Positions 25,532 to 39,999 of a DNA stretch of 64,000 nt are shown here, in pieces. Where the stretch lies: NCBI RefSeq assembly GCF_009914755.1, contig NC_060927.1. One strand, written 5' to 3'. The notes below the pieces were generated by a model. It did not search any database, was not told the origin of the DNA, and saw only the letters and a list, made by a program, of their open reading frames with translations. This DNA comes from the human T2T-CHM13v2.0 reference genome, Homo sapiens. The position numbers and the translations under genes were made by a program. The stretch's first letter is position 1. Every line of letters starts with the position of its first letter.

Positions 25532-26931
25532 ATTCCTCCCTGTTGTGCTGGTTTTTTTTGACTAGGCCTGTATCTTCCCCCTTTAGCATCTGGGAACCAA
25601 AACAGCTTCGGACTACCCAAGGAACAAAAGGCATTCACTTGAACTCAGCCTGGGCCTTTTAAAACAGCTTTGCTCACATTTTCTTCCTAAAGTAGCTGGA
25701 GTCATTCACTCTTAACTCCACACTCTTAATGAGAATTCATTTTATTGCCAGAGCAATAAAATGCCTGTAGCCCAGGTAAGGTTTACTTTTACACTGACGG
25801 TTTACTTTTACCCAAATGGTAAAAGTAAGGTTTTTTTTTTTTAAAGTAAGGTTTACTTTTACCCAAACGGACTGGCCATCCTTCAACAGTAAAGCTAAAT
25901 CAGGTTGCTACGCGGGGGAAGCCTGTCCAAAGTAGCATGGGGACCTATATACTTGTTTTCATATTTTCTAACACCCTTGATTAGGTCCACTCTTAATCTG
26001 GTGACTGGTGGAGGGACCAGCAGATAATTCCTCCGAAGGAAGGATGGGGCAACCCTTGGTCTTGGGGAGAATCTCTACGCCCACCTCGACTGTACACACA
26101 CCTATGGTGCCCACAGGTCCAGCTAGGAATAAATGCACAAAGAGCTCCACCATCTGAGATTACCACTCAACTTTTAAAGACAAATTCTTATTTCATCCCT
26201 CCAAAGATAAACATCACATGGAAAAATGTTTCACATCAATTCTTTATTATGCCAGTGAAGGATGCCTTTCTTCAGGAGATGCAACATGGAGAAAGTTTTA
26301 AAGGCAGGCAGTGAAGAGAAGGACAAGACGTCTCAACCCAGCTCCTTAGATGGAGAATGAGTCTGCCCATCCCCACACACACATGCAGTGGGAATGCCAG
26401 CCGCTGCCTGTTCCTCAGTATAATCTCACCTGTGCTTCAAGCCTGATTATTAACAACCTTAGCTCAGATCATGAGGCCGAGCCTAATTTTCCGACGTTGC
26501 ACTCCAGGTCACTTCCAGCTTGGGCCTTCTAAGGGACTCTCATTATTCCCCCCAGCCCTGAGCTGCAGCAGATCACAGCTGCCTCTCTCTAAGGCTCACT
26601 CTTTAATTACACTTTAATGCGAACTGATCTTTGCATTAACGAGCCTGTAAAGAAGATTGATTTCGCCCCTCTTTTTTTCCAGAGGGTTTGCTAGGTACTC
26701 AGAGAGTTAAGTATTCCTATTGATTTTACTTCACCAACAGATCCAGCCAAGAAGAGGGCTCAGGCCTTTGCTGCCTCAGATCCCTCCAACCCCACCCAGG
26801 GCTTCGTCCACTCTTCACTCACCCCCGGGGAAGGGGGAAGGTGACCACCTCCCCGCTTGGTCACAGGTAGGACACCGCGTTTCTTTCCTTCCAAGTTTTA
26901 TTCTCCAGAAATTACAACAGAGGGCTGTTAA

Positions 26932-27260
<329 letters not shown>

Positions 27261-27431
27261 TTCCTATCCCTTTCATTTAATCACTTCTCTTCAGCTAAGA
27301 GGTCACAGCAAAATATAGTTAAAGCCACCTCAGATATTTTATTAAGTTATTTATAAATGAAGTCTTCCAGGTTCATTTGTTAACATGAGAGAAAAATGCT
27401 TTCCTCAAAAAAAAAAAAATTAGTTTTCAAA

Positions 27432-27950
27432 TAAGTGGTTACCAGGGGCTAGGGTGAGGGATATGAGAAGTGACTGTTGAAGGAGTATGGGGTTTTTTGG
27501 GGGGCGGGGTGGGTTGGGGGGTGATGAAAATGTTTTAGCATTCTGTAGTGGTGATGGTTGCACAACACTGAGAACGTACTACAAGTGGCTTTTAAATGGT
27601 GAGTTAATGGTAAGTTCATTTTTCTAAATTTTCTGATTTTTTTGTGAGTACATAGTAGGTGTATATATTTATGGTGTACAAGAGCTGTTTTGATACAGGC
27701 ATGCAGTGTATAAAAATCACATCATGGAGAATGGGGCATCCATGCCCTCAAGCATTTATCCTTTGTATTACAAACAATCCAATTACACTCTTAATTATTT
27801 TTAAATGTACAATTAAGTTATTATTGGCTATAGTCACCCTGTTATGCTATCAAATAGCAGGTCTTCATTCTATTTTTTTGTACCCATTGACCAGCCCCAC
27901 ACTGCCTCCCCATGTCCCTGGGTACATTTATCTTATCTCATTAAAAAAAA
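27432..27950 (+). mobile_element. 5'-truncated old L1M 3' end, interrupted by an antisense L1MA
   Basis: agtggttaccaggggctagggt...gtgatgaaaatgtttt...gatggttgcacaacact; flanked by direct repeat tagttttcaaa (27421-27431, 27951-27961 approx.). Confidence 0.75.
27625..27912 (-). mobile_element. L1MA-type 3' end
   Basis: tacatagtaggtgtatatatttatgg...catggagaatggggcatccatgccctcaagcatttatcctttg...aattaagttattattggctatagtcaccctgtt. Confidence 0.88.
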
Positions 27951-30389
27951 TAGTTTTCAAAAACATTTTTTCAAGATTAGAAGTAAAAGGCATTTCAATG
28001 TGTTTTCAAATGCAACCTAAACCTAAGGAATTTTAATAGCAATATTACAAAGTCACAATTAATTGTGTGCCCCTAAGTTTTGCCTAGGTCTTCCTCCTGG
28101 TTGAGGACACAGGCTGTGGGAGAGCAAATGACAAGGCACCATAAAGGGATGAAGTCTAGAACAAACCAGCTGGAGAAGTTGTTAGGTAGACAAGGCCAAC
28201 CCTATGGGTAATATGCTACAGTCCATGCACAGGAGACAAAAGCTAAGACCAACTATACCACATACATTTTTACTCCCAGGACTGAAAAATTCAACGATTT
28301 CCACTGTCACCAATCTTCTCGACAGTACAAGTGCAGCAACACCACAGGAAAAACAGAGATTTTTCCTCAACAGAAATGTCATTGATGCATCAGACAAAAT
28401 TACTGTTGCTGTGGGAATCGTAACTTGAGTGTCCTGGATTTTAAATTAAAAAAGAAAGAAATCTCAAACGTGAAAATCCACTGGCAGCTTCTGCCCCCAT
28501 TTAACAAAAGTCTGTTTCTTTTTCTCGGCACTATTTTATGAAATTAGCTCCCTCACCGGAACCCATTCTTATTAAGAGCTTTCCTTGAGTTCTATGCTTT
28601 CTGTTTATTAAGGACAAATGGCTCCGGCATTATCCTCAGAACACAATGCAAATAAATCTGTTCTTTGACAAATATGTTAACTGAATTAGATTCCTTTAAT
28701 CAGAAAGTATTAACCAACTGAAATTTTGCTCTATGACTCCAGTTCCCAAAACTATGGAAGTCTCTTTTGAAGCCCTGACAGAAAAAGCCAGGTGCAGAGC
28801 AATGCCTCTTCCCATGAGGCTCTCCCAATGGTGCCACCCAGCTTGGGAGGGCTCTGGTGTCTGGAAGTCGGCTCAATTCTGCATAAGCAAAATGAAACAC
28901 AGAGAGAAAGGGCCAACTTCCAGAGGCAAAAGTCCATAATTATAGGTGTCCAAGCTGAAAATTAACAAACCCACTACTTCTGTGAAAAGACAGAAAGCAA
29001 CAACAGTGGTTATTGGTCAGAGGGTAACTATGTCTTTTGTGACATTATTGCCCCTACTCTCAACTTTCGGGTCACAAAGAGAATACACAAGCTTCGAGGG
29101 TACTTCTACCATCTGCTTCAACTTCCTCATCTGAGAAAAAAAGTAACGTATGTATCCCAGGTCACAACTACATTAGAGACAGCAGGACCCACACCTAGCC
29201 CTGACTTTTCTGTGATGCATCTACCTATAAACTTGTCCCAAGAAAGTTGTCTGGGCTCCTGTCACTCACATGGCCTCAGCAGACATTTGCTCTATTCTCT
29301 CTGCATATTTTGATTATTTTTTTCTGATCCTCTGTCTGCCCACAAAAATGGAATAAGAATTTGAGGATTAAGGACTATAAGCATCTAACTATTAACTACC
29401 ACATTTTCAGACGATGTGTTGAGGCTTCTGCTTCTCCCTGGGACAGCCTCTGGGCCACAACTGCAGGGACACAAAAAGTGCCTACTAAATATTTACAGAA
29501 CACGTGACACCCTTCAGTTCACTAGTTCCGAAAAGTAAGAGACACATCAGCAAAACCTGCTGTTCAAAACCTGGATGACTGGAATCATCATGTGGATGGG
29601 GCTGCTAAGTCTTCTGCCTTCATTGATTAGGATGAGGAAGGTGGTTCTTTGGGCTGTAAAATGATGCTCATCCACTGCCTGCTCTGTTGTTTTCTCCCTT
29701 GTCCTTTGCACGGTCCACTTGGGAAATACAGAAAAGGCATGAAGCATTATCAATAATCCAGCTGCCCAGATGTCATGCTGCTAACCTAACTTGCCAGCAC
29801 TGAATCCAGGCATCCAATCTAAGAATGGGGAACACAGGCACCTCAGAGAAAACCAAGATAAAGCCCCTTCGGTTTCTGTCATTTCAGAGAAATCACTGAC
29901 CAAGTCAGATGGTGCCCAACTTCAGGCCAAAGAGCTGGCTGCCAGTGCTAACCTGCATTTTCCAAACTGAATCCAAACAGGGAGTAACTCTCTTTTTTTT
30001 CTCTCCTGCTTTACATACTTCGATGCTGTCTAATGGAATAGCAGGAACAAGGCCAAACAGCCCCACTTCTCTTGGCACTTGGGCCAAGGAACAGAAATGT
30101 ATTTTTAGTCAGCAGAGCAAGGTGCAATTCTAAGTGCCACAGGCCCGTGGGGCAAACTGGGGGCCCTGCCTGCCTCTGGCACAGTGTGGTTCAGAGTCAC
30201 CTGCCACGCTCCTGCCCCGAGTGCATGGGGTTAAAGGAGTGATGCAAAGGCGTTTGTGTCTGGTCTCAGTTCCACCTCTCACTTTTACAACTTATAAGAC
30301 CTCCAGGGAGGCTCAGTTTCCTCTCTGATAACACAGAGATATTCTCTGTGGCCCTAGCTTCCTCACTATGTGAGGAACAAGAGCAGTTA

Positions 30390-30556
30390 CATCAGCATTT
30401 CTCAAACTTGAACTCGTGGACAAACGGCCAGGGCCCTTGTTAAATGGAGCTTCTGATCCAGTAGTGTTGGCATTAAGCCTGAGGTTCTGCATTTCTAACA
30501 AGCTCGAAGCTAACTCAATACTGATGGTCCATGACCTGTGCTTTAAGCAGCAAGGA
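30390..30556. mobile_element. MER5A-type element
   Basis: tttctcaaactt...cttgttaaa...ttctgatccagtag...ctgaggttctgcatttctaacaagctc...ctttaagcagcaagg. Confidence 0.75.
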
Positions 30557-30924
30557 GCTCCTAGCATCTTCAAGTGCTTTGCTTTATGGACACACAACAG
30601 GTTATCACATCCCTATCAGCCTCACATAAGACGAACTCATTGATTAAGCCAAAAATTAAACACCTTCCAGATGCTGGGCCCACAAACCAAGTGGATACAA
30701 AATAAAGTCAGACCTTTACCCATCAAGGGAACAAAGGGCCACAAACCTTCCTTCCAGCACTTCACAGAAACAGAGACTGACTCTTAAATCCTGCGGCCTT
30801 AAAGGTGAGATCCTGCCAAGATCCAAGGAGCTACGTGACAACTAGCCACCAGCCAATGACAGTAACCACCATTTGCCAAACACTCCCACAGAATGCTGGG
30901 AGCTTCATATACATTCCACTCCCC

Positions 30925-31045
30925 CGGGCCTCACTTTCCTCATGTATAAAATGGGTCAAAAATGCATTATGTAAATGAGGGAAACGAGGTTCAGAGAGAC
31001 TAGGTCATCTGTCCAGGGCACAGAGTGAAGTGCAATTCTAACCCC
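30925..31045. mobile_element. Two MIR core fragments in inverted orientation
   Basis: cctcactttcctcatgtataaaatggg (+) immediately followed by cattatgtaaatgagggaaacgaggttcagagag (-). Confidence 0.7.
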
Positions 31046-33854
31046 CCACGCTCTCCTGCAATCCCACAATGCCATGAAAAGGGTTAAACCCAAGACCATG
31101 TTTCACAGGGACACAGCACCTCCTGAACACAGGGCATGCTGCCAGCCAAAGATCCGAGATCTGTAAGCTATGCCAGCACTCTTATTAATAGCACCTTCTT
31201 GCAAAGTTTCTCTGCTCAGCCTGCCGAGCCTCAGTATTGAGAAAAGATTCATATAGGTGAGCAAACTAATTATAAAACCAGCAAAATCAAAATAAAATTA
31301 AACTATGAAAGCCTGGAGTGGAAACAGGAAATTCAGTGTGAAGAGGGAGGTGCTCTGCTGGGGAAGCTGCCAATAAAATCTGGCAGAGAAAACTGTTGGA
31401 CTCATGGCTGGTTTATCTGGAAAGTCTTCTGGGTGAGTTTAAAACAAGCAAGCTCCTCCACCTGACTGCTGAAGAAATAGGGGTAGGATCAGTGCTCAGT
31501 TCTCTAGCAAAGGTTTGTAACAGCACAAATGATAATATTCCCAATGGGTGCCTTCATGTCTTTTTAGCTAAGGCCCTTCATCTGCTTTTTCATTTCCAGT
31601 GTGCTGTCTAGAACAAATAGATCGCATCTTATCTAACACTTGACCATGACAACATAGTTTTACGTTGATTCCAGAGGCCTGGGGGCACTTTCTTTTTCTT
31701 AAAGCCACAAAAGTAAACTGAGTCACATTACCCAATTCACTGGCACAAAGATTAGCTTGCTGTCTTATAACTGACACAGCTTCCTTTAACTCCAGTTTTA
31801 CTCAAAGTTGCAGCTTAACCAACCACAGAAGCAAGAAATCTAGTTCCATATACCTCTGCGCATTAAAAAAAAAAAAGACAAAAGACCTACTTTCTTGCAA
31901 ATTAAAGATGAGGTAAAACTTCCAGCGTTTAATTCTGCAAATCCCAAAACAGCAAGCAAAGCGTTTGTCATGATCATGAGGGCCACATGAAGAAAGGTCT
32001 TTCTTCACCAGCGAGCACATGAACTCAAGTTATCCTGCCACCAGGTATCAGCAAGGCAACAAACACCATGGCCCCACCACACAGCCCAGAGTCCCCCAAA
32101 CGGCACCACTTACAGAAAGAGAGAGACGACATGTGATGAAGCAGCGCCCAGGGATGGTACCGCTGTCAACTCATTATTATTGAGGTACCTGTAACAACAA
32201 CAAGAAATTAATCATGTAAGGCATTTGAATTAGTCTGAAATCATACACATACAACAGAAATAAACAAACGCTGCTAAGTCTGCCACAGTAAACCTATATT
32301 CTAATGTTGGAGAAAAGAGAAAGAATTTAGCAGTGAGTTTTTAAAGGGAAAGAAGTCACATGAGGTCACAAAAACTAGCCACTGATCACACCCATGGCTA
32401 GAAACAAACACTAAGGGGAAGCATCTCCTGTCTCCCATCAGCTTCCCATCAAACTCAGAAATCAAGACAAGGAACAGTGAGAACAAGCCAAGAGGCAGGT
32501 TCGGGACAAAAGCGCCCCTAAGACCATCGGTGAGAACACTCCCCGTGGGCCGAAATTTGCCCCTGTCAAAGGGCAACATGTGTGGAACAAGAGCCAGAGA
32601 CTCACGCCCTGGCTCACATGGAGTTCTGAGGGGCTTGGGACACATGGGGCCAATTATTTCAGTGCCTCATCTGTGAAATAACAAGGGAACTGGACTCAGA
32701 GACTCTCTTCCATTTGAGGTTCCCAGCTGGACTCTGATGAAGCCTCTGGATGCATCCCCCAGGAAAATGAACATATATACACACACTTTTGCGCATAGAC
32801 ACTTTGAAAATTCTCCACAGACGAGAGTTGCTCTCCAAGCTCCCTTCCTGCTAAAATAGTCCAAATATGTATTTCCATAGTTAATATCTCTTAACGGAAG
32901 GGGAAACCCACGAACCAAAGCACGGCTCGCCTGGTCTGCCCCCAGAGGCTGTGCAATCTGGCCTCCTTACATGGACATGTATTTCCAAATCTGGGAAGAG
33001 AATCCAAAATCAGACTTGCAAAGTGAGCCCAACAATCCTTAAGAAAACCAAAGCAAAGTGTTCAGGCTTTCTGCCAGGTGATGGGCTAGAAAGAAATTGT
33101 ACTTGCGATGCAAAGTCAAGGGGATAAAACTGGGTTCTTATTCTCAGTTTTTTAAGGGAGGTACGTCTAACACAGAGCATCCTGTTTCTGTTTGAAGACA
33201 AAGCAACTGAAATCACAGCTGTACTCATACAAGTATACAGCTAGCATGTGCTTGAAGAGAATAATCTGGTTGTCTGCCATCTTTTATAGAAGTGAATAGG
33301 AGAAGGAAAAAAAAAAGGAAAGGCCTTGAATTATCCCATTTGCTTTCTTCAGTGCCAAAGCCAGTTAGGGATGAAGCTTGGCAATTACTGGGCTGTGGGA
33401 CATAGAATGCCTGTTTCAATAGCTTCATGGCTGAAGCATCTGGCAGAGAGAAGGCAGATCCGTATCATGTGGCAAATCTTTTCTCCACTTAAAGGGCCCT
33501 TGTTTGTGTGTTGAAATAGACAATTAATTACTTTAACAGTCTCTTATCTGACTGCCCCCTAAATCAGATTGTTTCTGCTTCACCTTTTATCTCCTCCAAC
33601 CCTGCTGTGATCCATTTCCCATCCTCACTCAGGGACACTGAAAACTCCCCATTAGTCTTAATCTCAGCTAATAAATTTTTCATAGTACCCATCAACGTAC
33701 CTATTATTACAAGAGACCCCCAGGTTTTATCAGAGCAAGAAAAACTAAGGTCGGGGACCTGCTGTCAATCAGGCAGCTTGCCTAAGAACTCTTTCATTGC
33801 TTGCGATTTCTTCTCAAACACAGAGAATGTTAGTAACAAAAACAAAAGCAGGTA

Positions 33855-34075
33855 AATTAATGAAGGCTGACTATGTGCCAGGCACAGCTCTAAGAGCTTT
33901 TCAGTATATTAATGCATCTCTACAGCCCTCAGAAGTAGGTCTCAGGAACATTTCCACTGCACCAATGAGGAAACTGAAACACAGATGTTAAGTAATTTGA
34001 CCAAGGTCACCAGCAATAAGTTGCAGTGGCCCAGGGTGCCTAGCCCCAAAGTCTAGGTTTTTCCTCATTACCTTC
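33855..34075 (-). mobile_element. MIR
   Basis: ctatgtgccaggcacagctctaagagcttt...atgaggaaactgaaacacagatgttaagtaatttgaccaaggtcac. Confidence 0.85.
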
Positions 34076-35429
34076 TATTTCTTTATTTCAGCAAAAACTC
34101 GACATGCCTCGTGCACTTTCACCATCACAACAACTTTGAGTCAGGTACCAGGTTAACTACTACCATTCTCTACATTACCGGTAAGTTCTCTAGGCCAGTT
34201 TAAGTCACTCATCTAGGGTCATGCTACTAGAGAGGACATGGCCAAGAGCTGAAAAAAGTATGACTACAAACCAGAGGAGAGCAGCGGGCTCAAAGGCCAG
34301 CTGGAAAGCTCATAATCCCTTAGGTAACAGCACAGTTGTTTTTCAGCCAGCTTAGGATCTCACTTGATTTTAAACCTGAAACAAAGCGTATGGACTTCTC
34401 TGCAGGGGGCTACGCCTGATGAGCCTGGTCTCAGGCCAGGCCTACTGTATCTGTGACAAACTGCTCCACCCAATTTCACAGAAATAAATGAACAAGGGAA
34501 GCGGGCATCATGATATTTCAAATTGTGACAGAACTGCTGGAAGTGGAGCATAGAGGGGTGGTGGACCAGTGCTGGAGCTTAACTGGGCCTTCTATGTCTA
34601 GATGAGCAGGCCCGAGTCAAGGGCTCAGTCAGAAACAGTGGGCTCTGGTGGCAACAGGGCTGCCTGACTTACAGGGAGGACACTCAAAGCCCCCAGGAGA
34701 GGCCCTGCACAGTGAGCTTACTTCCAGATCATTTCTACTGAAAAAAGAACCGCTATTCAGAGTAAGTCTGTTAGCTCCACCACTGCTGGCTCCCTTTTTG
34801 TTCACTCTGTCCCCTGTTGAAACAAGAATACTCTCCTCAGAAGGCAGCAGAGGCCCAGCTCACTCTGAGATGCAAAGAACTTCTTGCCAGACTGAAATAG
34901 AGACTGGTCAAAAATAGCACAGCTACAGCTTTGAGGGGAAAGGCACTCAGGAAGTTTAGCAGAGTCTCCATGAATAAAGAAATTTTAGGAAGTAAAGATT
35001 GTGCCTGATGAAATTTTTTTAAATATCTACGATTGTACAGTCTTCTCTCACCCCCTACCCGCCAATTTACTTCCCCTGCCGACGCCCATCTCTCCCCACA
35101 ATTTACTTCCATCCAAGGCCCTAAAAATCTCTCTGAAACGTCTGGTCTCTATTTCTAAACCTTTTCTGATGATTCAGGATTAAGAAGTGCCTCAGATGCA
35201 TCAGACCCATGAATCACGGCCAGACCCTGGGGCTAGAGAAGGTGTAGCTAAGGTAAAAGGATTCCGGACCCCAGGGCAGAACCTAGGGGTGGGTCCTTTC
35301 CCAATTCAATCCGTAAGGTCAGCTTGGACCTTCTGGTCCCTCACCTTTCTCCCAAAACTTCCATTTAATTGACTTAAGGGAAGTTTTACATTTTGTAAGC
35401 TACAAAATGTGATAAAGGCTATTTCATAG

Positions 35430-35798
<369 letters not shown>

Positions 35799-35809
35799 AT
35801 TTTTCTTGC

Positions 35810-36190
35810 TGTTATTTATTTACTCATTAAATAGCTGGTATAAGCACAGAGTAAAGTTTTCAAACCATTTCAAAAAAGAATACATAGTAAACATAAAGCT
35901 TCTTTGCAGTTCCATCCTCTGGTCTGCCTCCAAAGGGCAGCTCCTGCTGCTGGCTACTAGAGATGTGTATGTGTTTTTCTTTTGCACAAATGTACGTGTA
36001 TTAAACAGACTGTTGTGTACCGCCATTTCTCTTTAGTAATATATCTTGGAGGTCTCCACTATTCGTTTAACTGGTGGCACAGTAGTCCTCTGCTGGTATG
36101 AATGGACCATAATTTATCTGGCCAATCCACTACTGGCAGACATAGTGGCTGTTTCTTTGGTTGCTCCCAAATACAGACAGAGCTGCAATT
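35810..36190 (-). mobile_element. Degraded L1ME-type fragment
   Basis: aatatatcttggaggtctcc...accataatttatctggccaatccactactggcagacat. Confidence 0.55.
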
Positions 36191-36439
36191 AATAGTAGTC
36201 AAAGTTGGGCAGTGCGTTGAAACTGTAGTTGGTTTTGTTTCTTAAAAGGGTGAAAGCCATCAGTATCACATAGGAATATGGGTTTCGGAAGCAGGGCCAC
36301 TTAATAACTGTATTCTGCTTTAGTTACTAGAGAATAATGTATACTAACTAATTGATGTGGTGAGACTTTATGATACGTGGTTTCTACACAAGATAGCCAG
36401 ATAAAATTATTTTAGCGTAGGATATAATTACTTTAACAA

Positions 36440-36835
36440 AATAAACAATAATAAAGGTGAACATCTACTATGTGCCAGACTCTGTCCTAAGTTTTCTATG
36501 TGCAATATCTCAGTGAATGACATGCTAACACTTTGAGGAAAGTACTAAATTATCACCTCTCCTTAAGAAAGGAAACTGAGGCACAGTTACAGAACAGGGA
36601 TTATTAGGATGGGATTATATAGCTCAGATGTTTAAATCAGACATATCTTGGTTCACTCAACTCCAATTGCACCCTTTATCAATCCAATGCTAAGCATGTC
36701 ACTCAGCCTTGCTGTCCCTTACTTCCCTCTTCTGAAGAATGTAAATAATACAAGTGCCAGCTTTGTAGGGTTTTGGGAGGATCCAGCTGAAATAATTAAA
36801 CCTAAGATCTCAGGATATTGACAGATACACAGGAT
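36440..36835. mobile_element. Two MIR fragments, minus (~36440-36600) then plus (~36620-36835)
   Basis: ctactatgtgccagac...aaggaaactgaggcacag; then gtcactcagccttgctgtcccttacttccctcttctg...gggttttgggaggat. Confidence 0.65.
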
Positions 36836-36855
36836 ATGCTTAAGAGATGGCAGGA

Positions 36856-37149
36856 GGACCAGGCATGGTGGCTCACACCTGTATTCCAGCCCTTTGGGAG
36901 GCCAAGGCAGGAGGATCATTTAAGCCCAGTAGTTCGAGACTAGCCTGGGCAACATGACAAAACCCATCTCTACAAAAAATTAGCCAGGAGTGGTTGTGCA
37001 CGCCTGTAGTTCCAGCTACTCAGGAGGCTGAGGTGCGAGGATCGCTTGAGCCTGGGAATTTGAGGCTGCAGTCAGCTATGACCATACCACTGTACTCTAG
37101 CCTGGGCAACAGAGTGAGATCCTGTCTTAAAAAAGAAAAAAAAAAAAAA
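36856..37149 (+). mobile_element. AluJ
   Basis: ggaggatcatttaagcccag, ggatcgcttgagcctgggaatttgaggctgcagt (J-type); poly(A). Confidence 0.92.
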
Positions 37150-38109
37150 GTGATAGTAATTCACAGCCAAAAGGCAGTACCCCAAAACGACAACCCTCAT
37201 TATTTTACCCTCTCCCTAAACATACTACCATCCCCCGCACCCCTGCTCACACACACCCACTGTGGGGAGCAGCAGCCTGACACAGTGCGATGAACCACAA
37301 ATACCCAATAGCAGGCAGGGCACACTTGAGGCTTCCTTACCAGGTCAGTGGCCCTGGCAAGCACACGGCAACACCCACAGCAGGCACTCGCGGGCCAGGC
37401 GGCAGTACTGTGATCTGAAGGCAGTATCTACAGAGGACTGTATAAATAGCCCCTTTTATTAATAGAGGAGCCTGCTGGCCAGGACCCCAGCTGGAGGCAC
37501 TCCCTGGTGGGCTTTCCTCAGGGCTGTGGGCAGTGAAGACCGTGTGGCTTGGACGCAGCTGCACAAGCGTCCTCATGTCCTCCAGGGGCCTCGCCTTCTC
37601 TCTCCAGCCGGCCCATGATGTCATGTGGTTCTGAGGCCTCCAGAATAAAACCACTGCTAAACCACTGCCTGCTGTTCTGCCAGCCTGTGGCTCCATTCTC
37701 AATGAGGGCTCCAGACTGAAGGCCCTATAAGGTTTGGGAGAGCTGACAGCGCCTGGGCAACACTGGAGACTGGTTAATTTTGAAGCAGTAGCATGTCAGC
37801 TACGATTTTTTTTCTTTTCTTCAATATCCTTCCCCACCTCCCCACCCCTCAACACCTAACAGCCTCTTTCTGTCTCCACGACTTTTTAGAATTCCCTTAG
37901 GGTAAGGCCTGGGTCTTTTATCAGTGAGAAGTTCTACTGTTCTAGGCAGCAGGGAATTCATCTCATCCATCTCACAGAACAGGGAGTGACACTAGGGATA
38001 GGAGGCACAATGGTAAGACATTCAACCAGTCAGCCTGCAAAGATTCATTTCTAAACAATGCACCCAGCTTGGAGGGCTGGGCAGTTCCAAACGTAGCAGG
38101 AGAGAAGAG

Positions 38110-38665
38110 GGATAATATTCAGTGAGCCTCTCGCATGTGCAAGGCCCTGTGCATCATCTTAATAACTACAGTAACACCAACAATGTGTTACGATGTCAAT
38201 GTTACAGAAGAAAGAAAGCAAACGCTGAGGCACTAAGTAACTTGTCTAGGGTCTCAGGACCCTAGTAAGGGGCAGAACCAGAAATCAAACGTGAGTCTAT
38301 TTGCTACCAAAATGAGAGTTTTTCCCACCACATCATATTGAATCCCTAAGATATGACCTCTGTCTTAACATCCCCCACACTCAGACGGTACTGTTGCCAT
38401 AGATGGTGTGGACCAGGATTATACTGGAGAACATGGGTCAAGTTCTACCACTCACTAATCACGCAATTTCAGCCAAATCCCATGCCTCAGTTCCTCTTCA
38501 TCTTCAGTTGACTGTGAGAGTTAAGATGAAGGATATAGGAATTTAAGGTAGTGCAGCCGCCAAGGTTAGCACAGGTTTTGAGTTCAACTCTCAGCTTTAC
38601 CAACCATGTGACACTGTGCAAGTTTAACTTTTCTAAGTATCTGTTTCCTCTTCTGCAAAGCAGAG
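38110..38665. mobile_element. Cluster of MIR fragments
   Basis: ctgaggcactaagtaacttgtctagggtc (-); cctcagttcctcttcatct (+); tgtgacactgtgcaagtttaacttttctaagtatctgtttcctcttctg (+). Confidence 0.65.
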
Positions 38666-38671
38666 AAACTC

Positions 38672-38920
38672 CTTTTATTTTTATTACTTTTTTTCAGAGA
38701 TGGGGTCTTGCTCTGTTGGGTGGAGTGCATGGTGCAAACATGGCACGCTGAAGCCTCAACCTCCTGGGCTCAAGCGATCTTGAGGCCTCAGCCTCCCAAG
38801 AACCTGGGACTACAGGCATGGGCCACTATGTCCAGCTAATTTTTTGTAGAGACAGGGTCTCACTTTGTTGCTCACGCTGGTCTCAAATTCCTGGGCTCAA
38901 GTGATCCTTCTGCACCCAGC
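38672..38920 (-). mobile_element. AluJ with internal deletions
   Basis: Antisense Alu with cctcctgggctcaagcgatc; degenerate TSD gagaaactcctt / gagaaaatgctt. Confidence 0.88.
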
Positions 38921-38977
38921 TGAGAAAATGCTTACAAAGAAAATGTTTTAAGGGGCTGGGTGGAAAATGTTTTAAGG

Positions 38978-39588
<611 letters not shown>

Positions 39589-39999
39589 ATAATGTTTTAT
39601 ATCACAGAGTTGATGTTAGGGTTAAGTGATGTCGTATTCTCCAAAGGTTTATTAGCACACTGCTACAATTACTGTGACTGTTCCTAAGTGAGAAATATAT
39701 TTTTGAGACTCATAACCAGTATCTCCAATGAAGGAAAGGTGGGAGTGCTCAGTTCTAGAGCTGGGTGGGACATAAACTCTAACAAGTGCTGAGTACAGGC
39801 TGCAGGTCACGGGAGCCAAATCAAATGAAAGGTAAAAGCCTGTCTAGGCAAGGAACAACAGGAACAGGGAGTTAGAACACCACTGAAAATGCTCACCAGA
39901 GCATGTACCATGCCTGCCCCTGATAGATAGGGGTCAGTGAGGGTTGAAACCATAAAAGGACCTGGCCTCTGGCCACGCACCCCTCCATCGTGCATGCCA

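Noticed and set aside
29560-29717. Exon-like minus-strand segment after acceptor tttctgtatttcccaag
   Set aside because: Only weak donors (CAG|GTTTTG) follow and no frame gives a recognisable protein.
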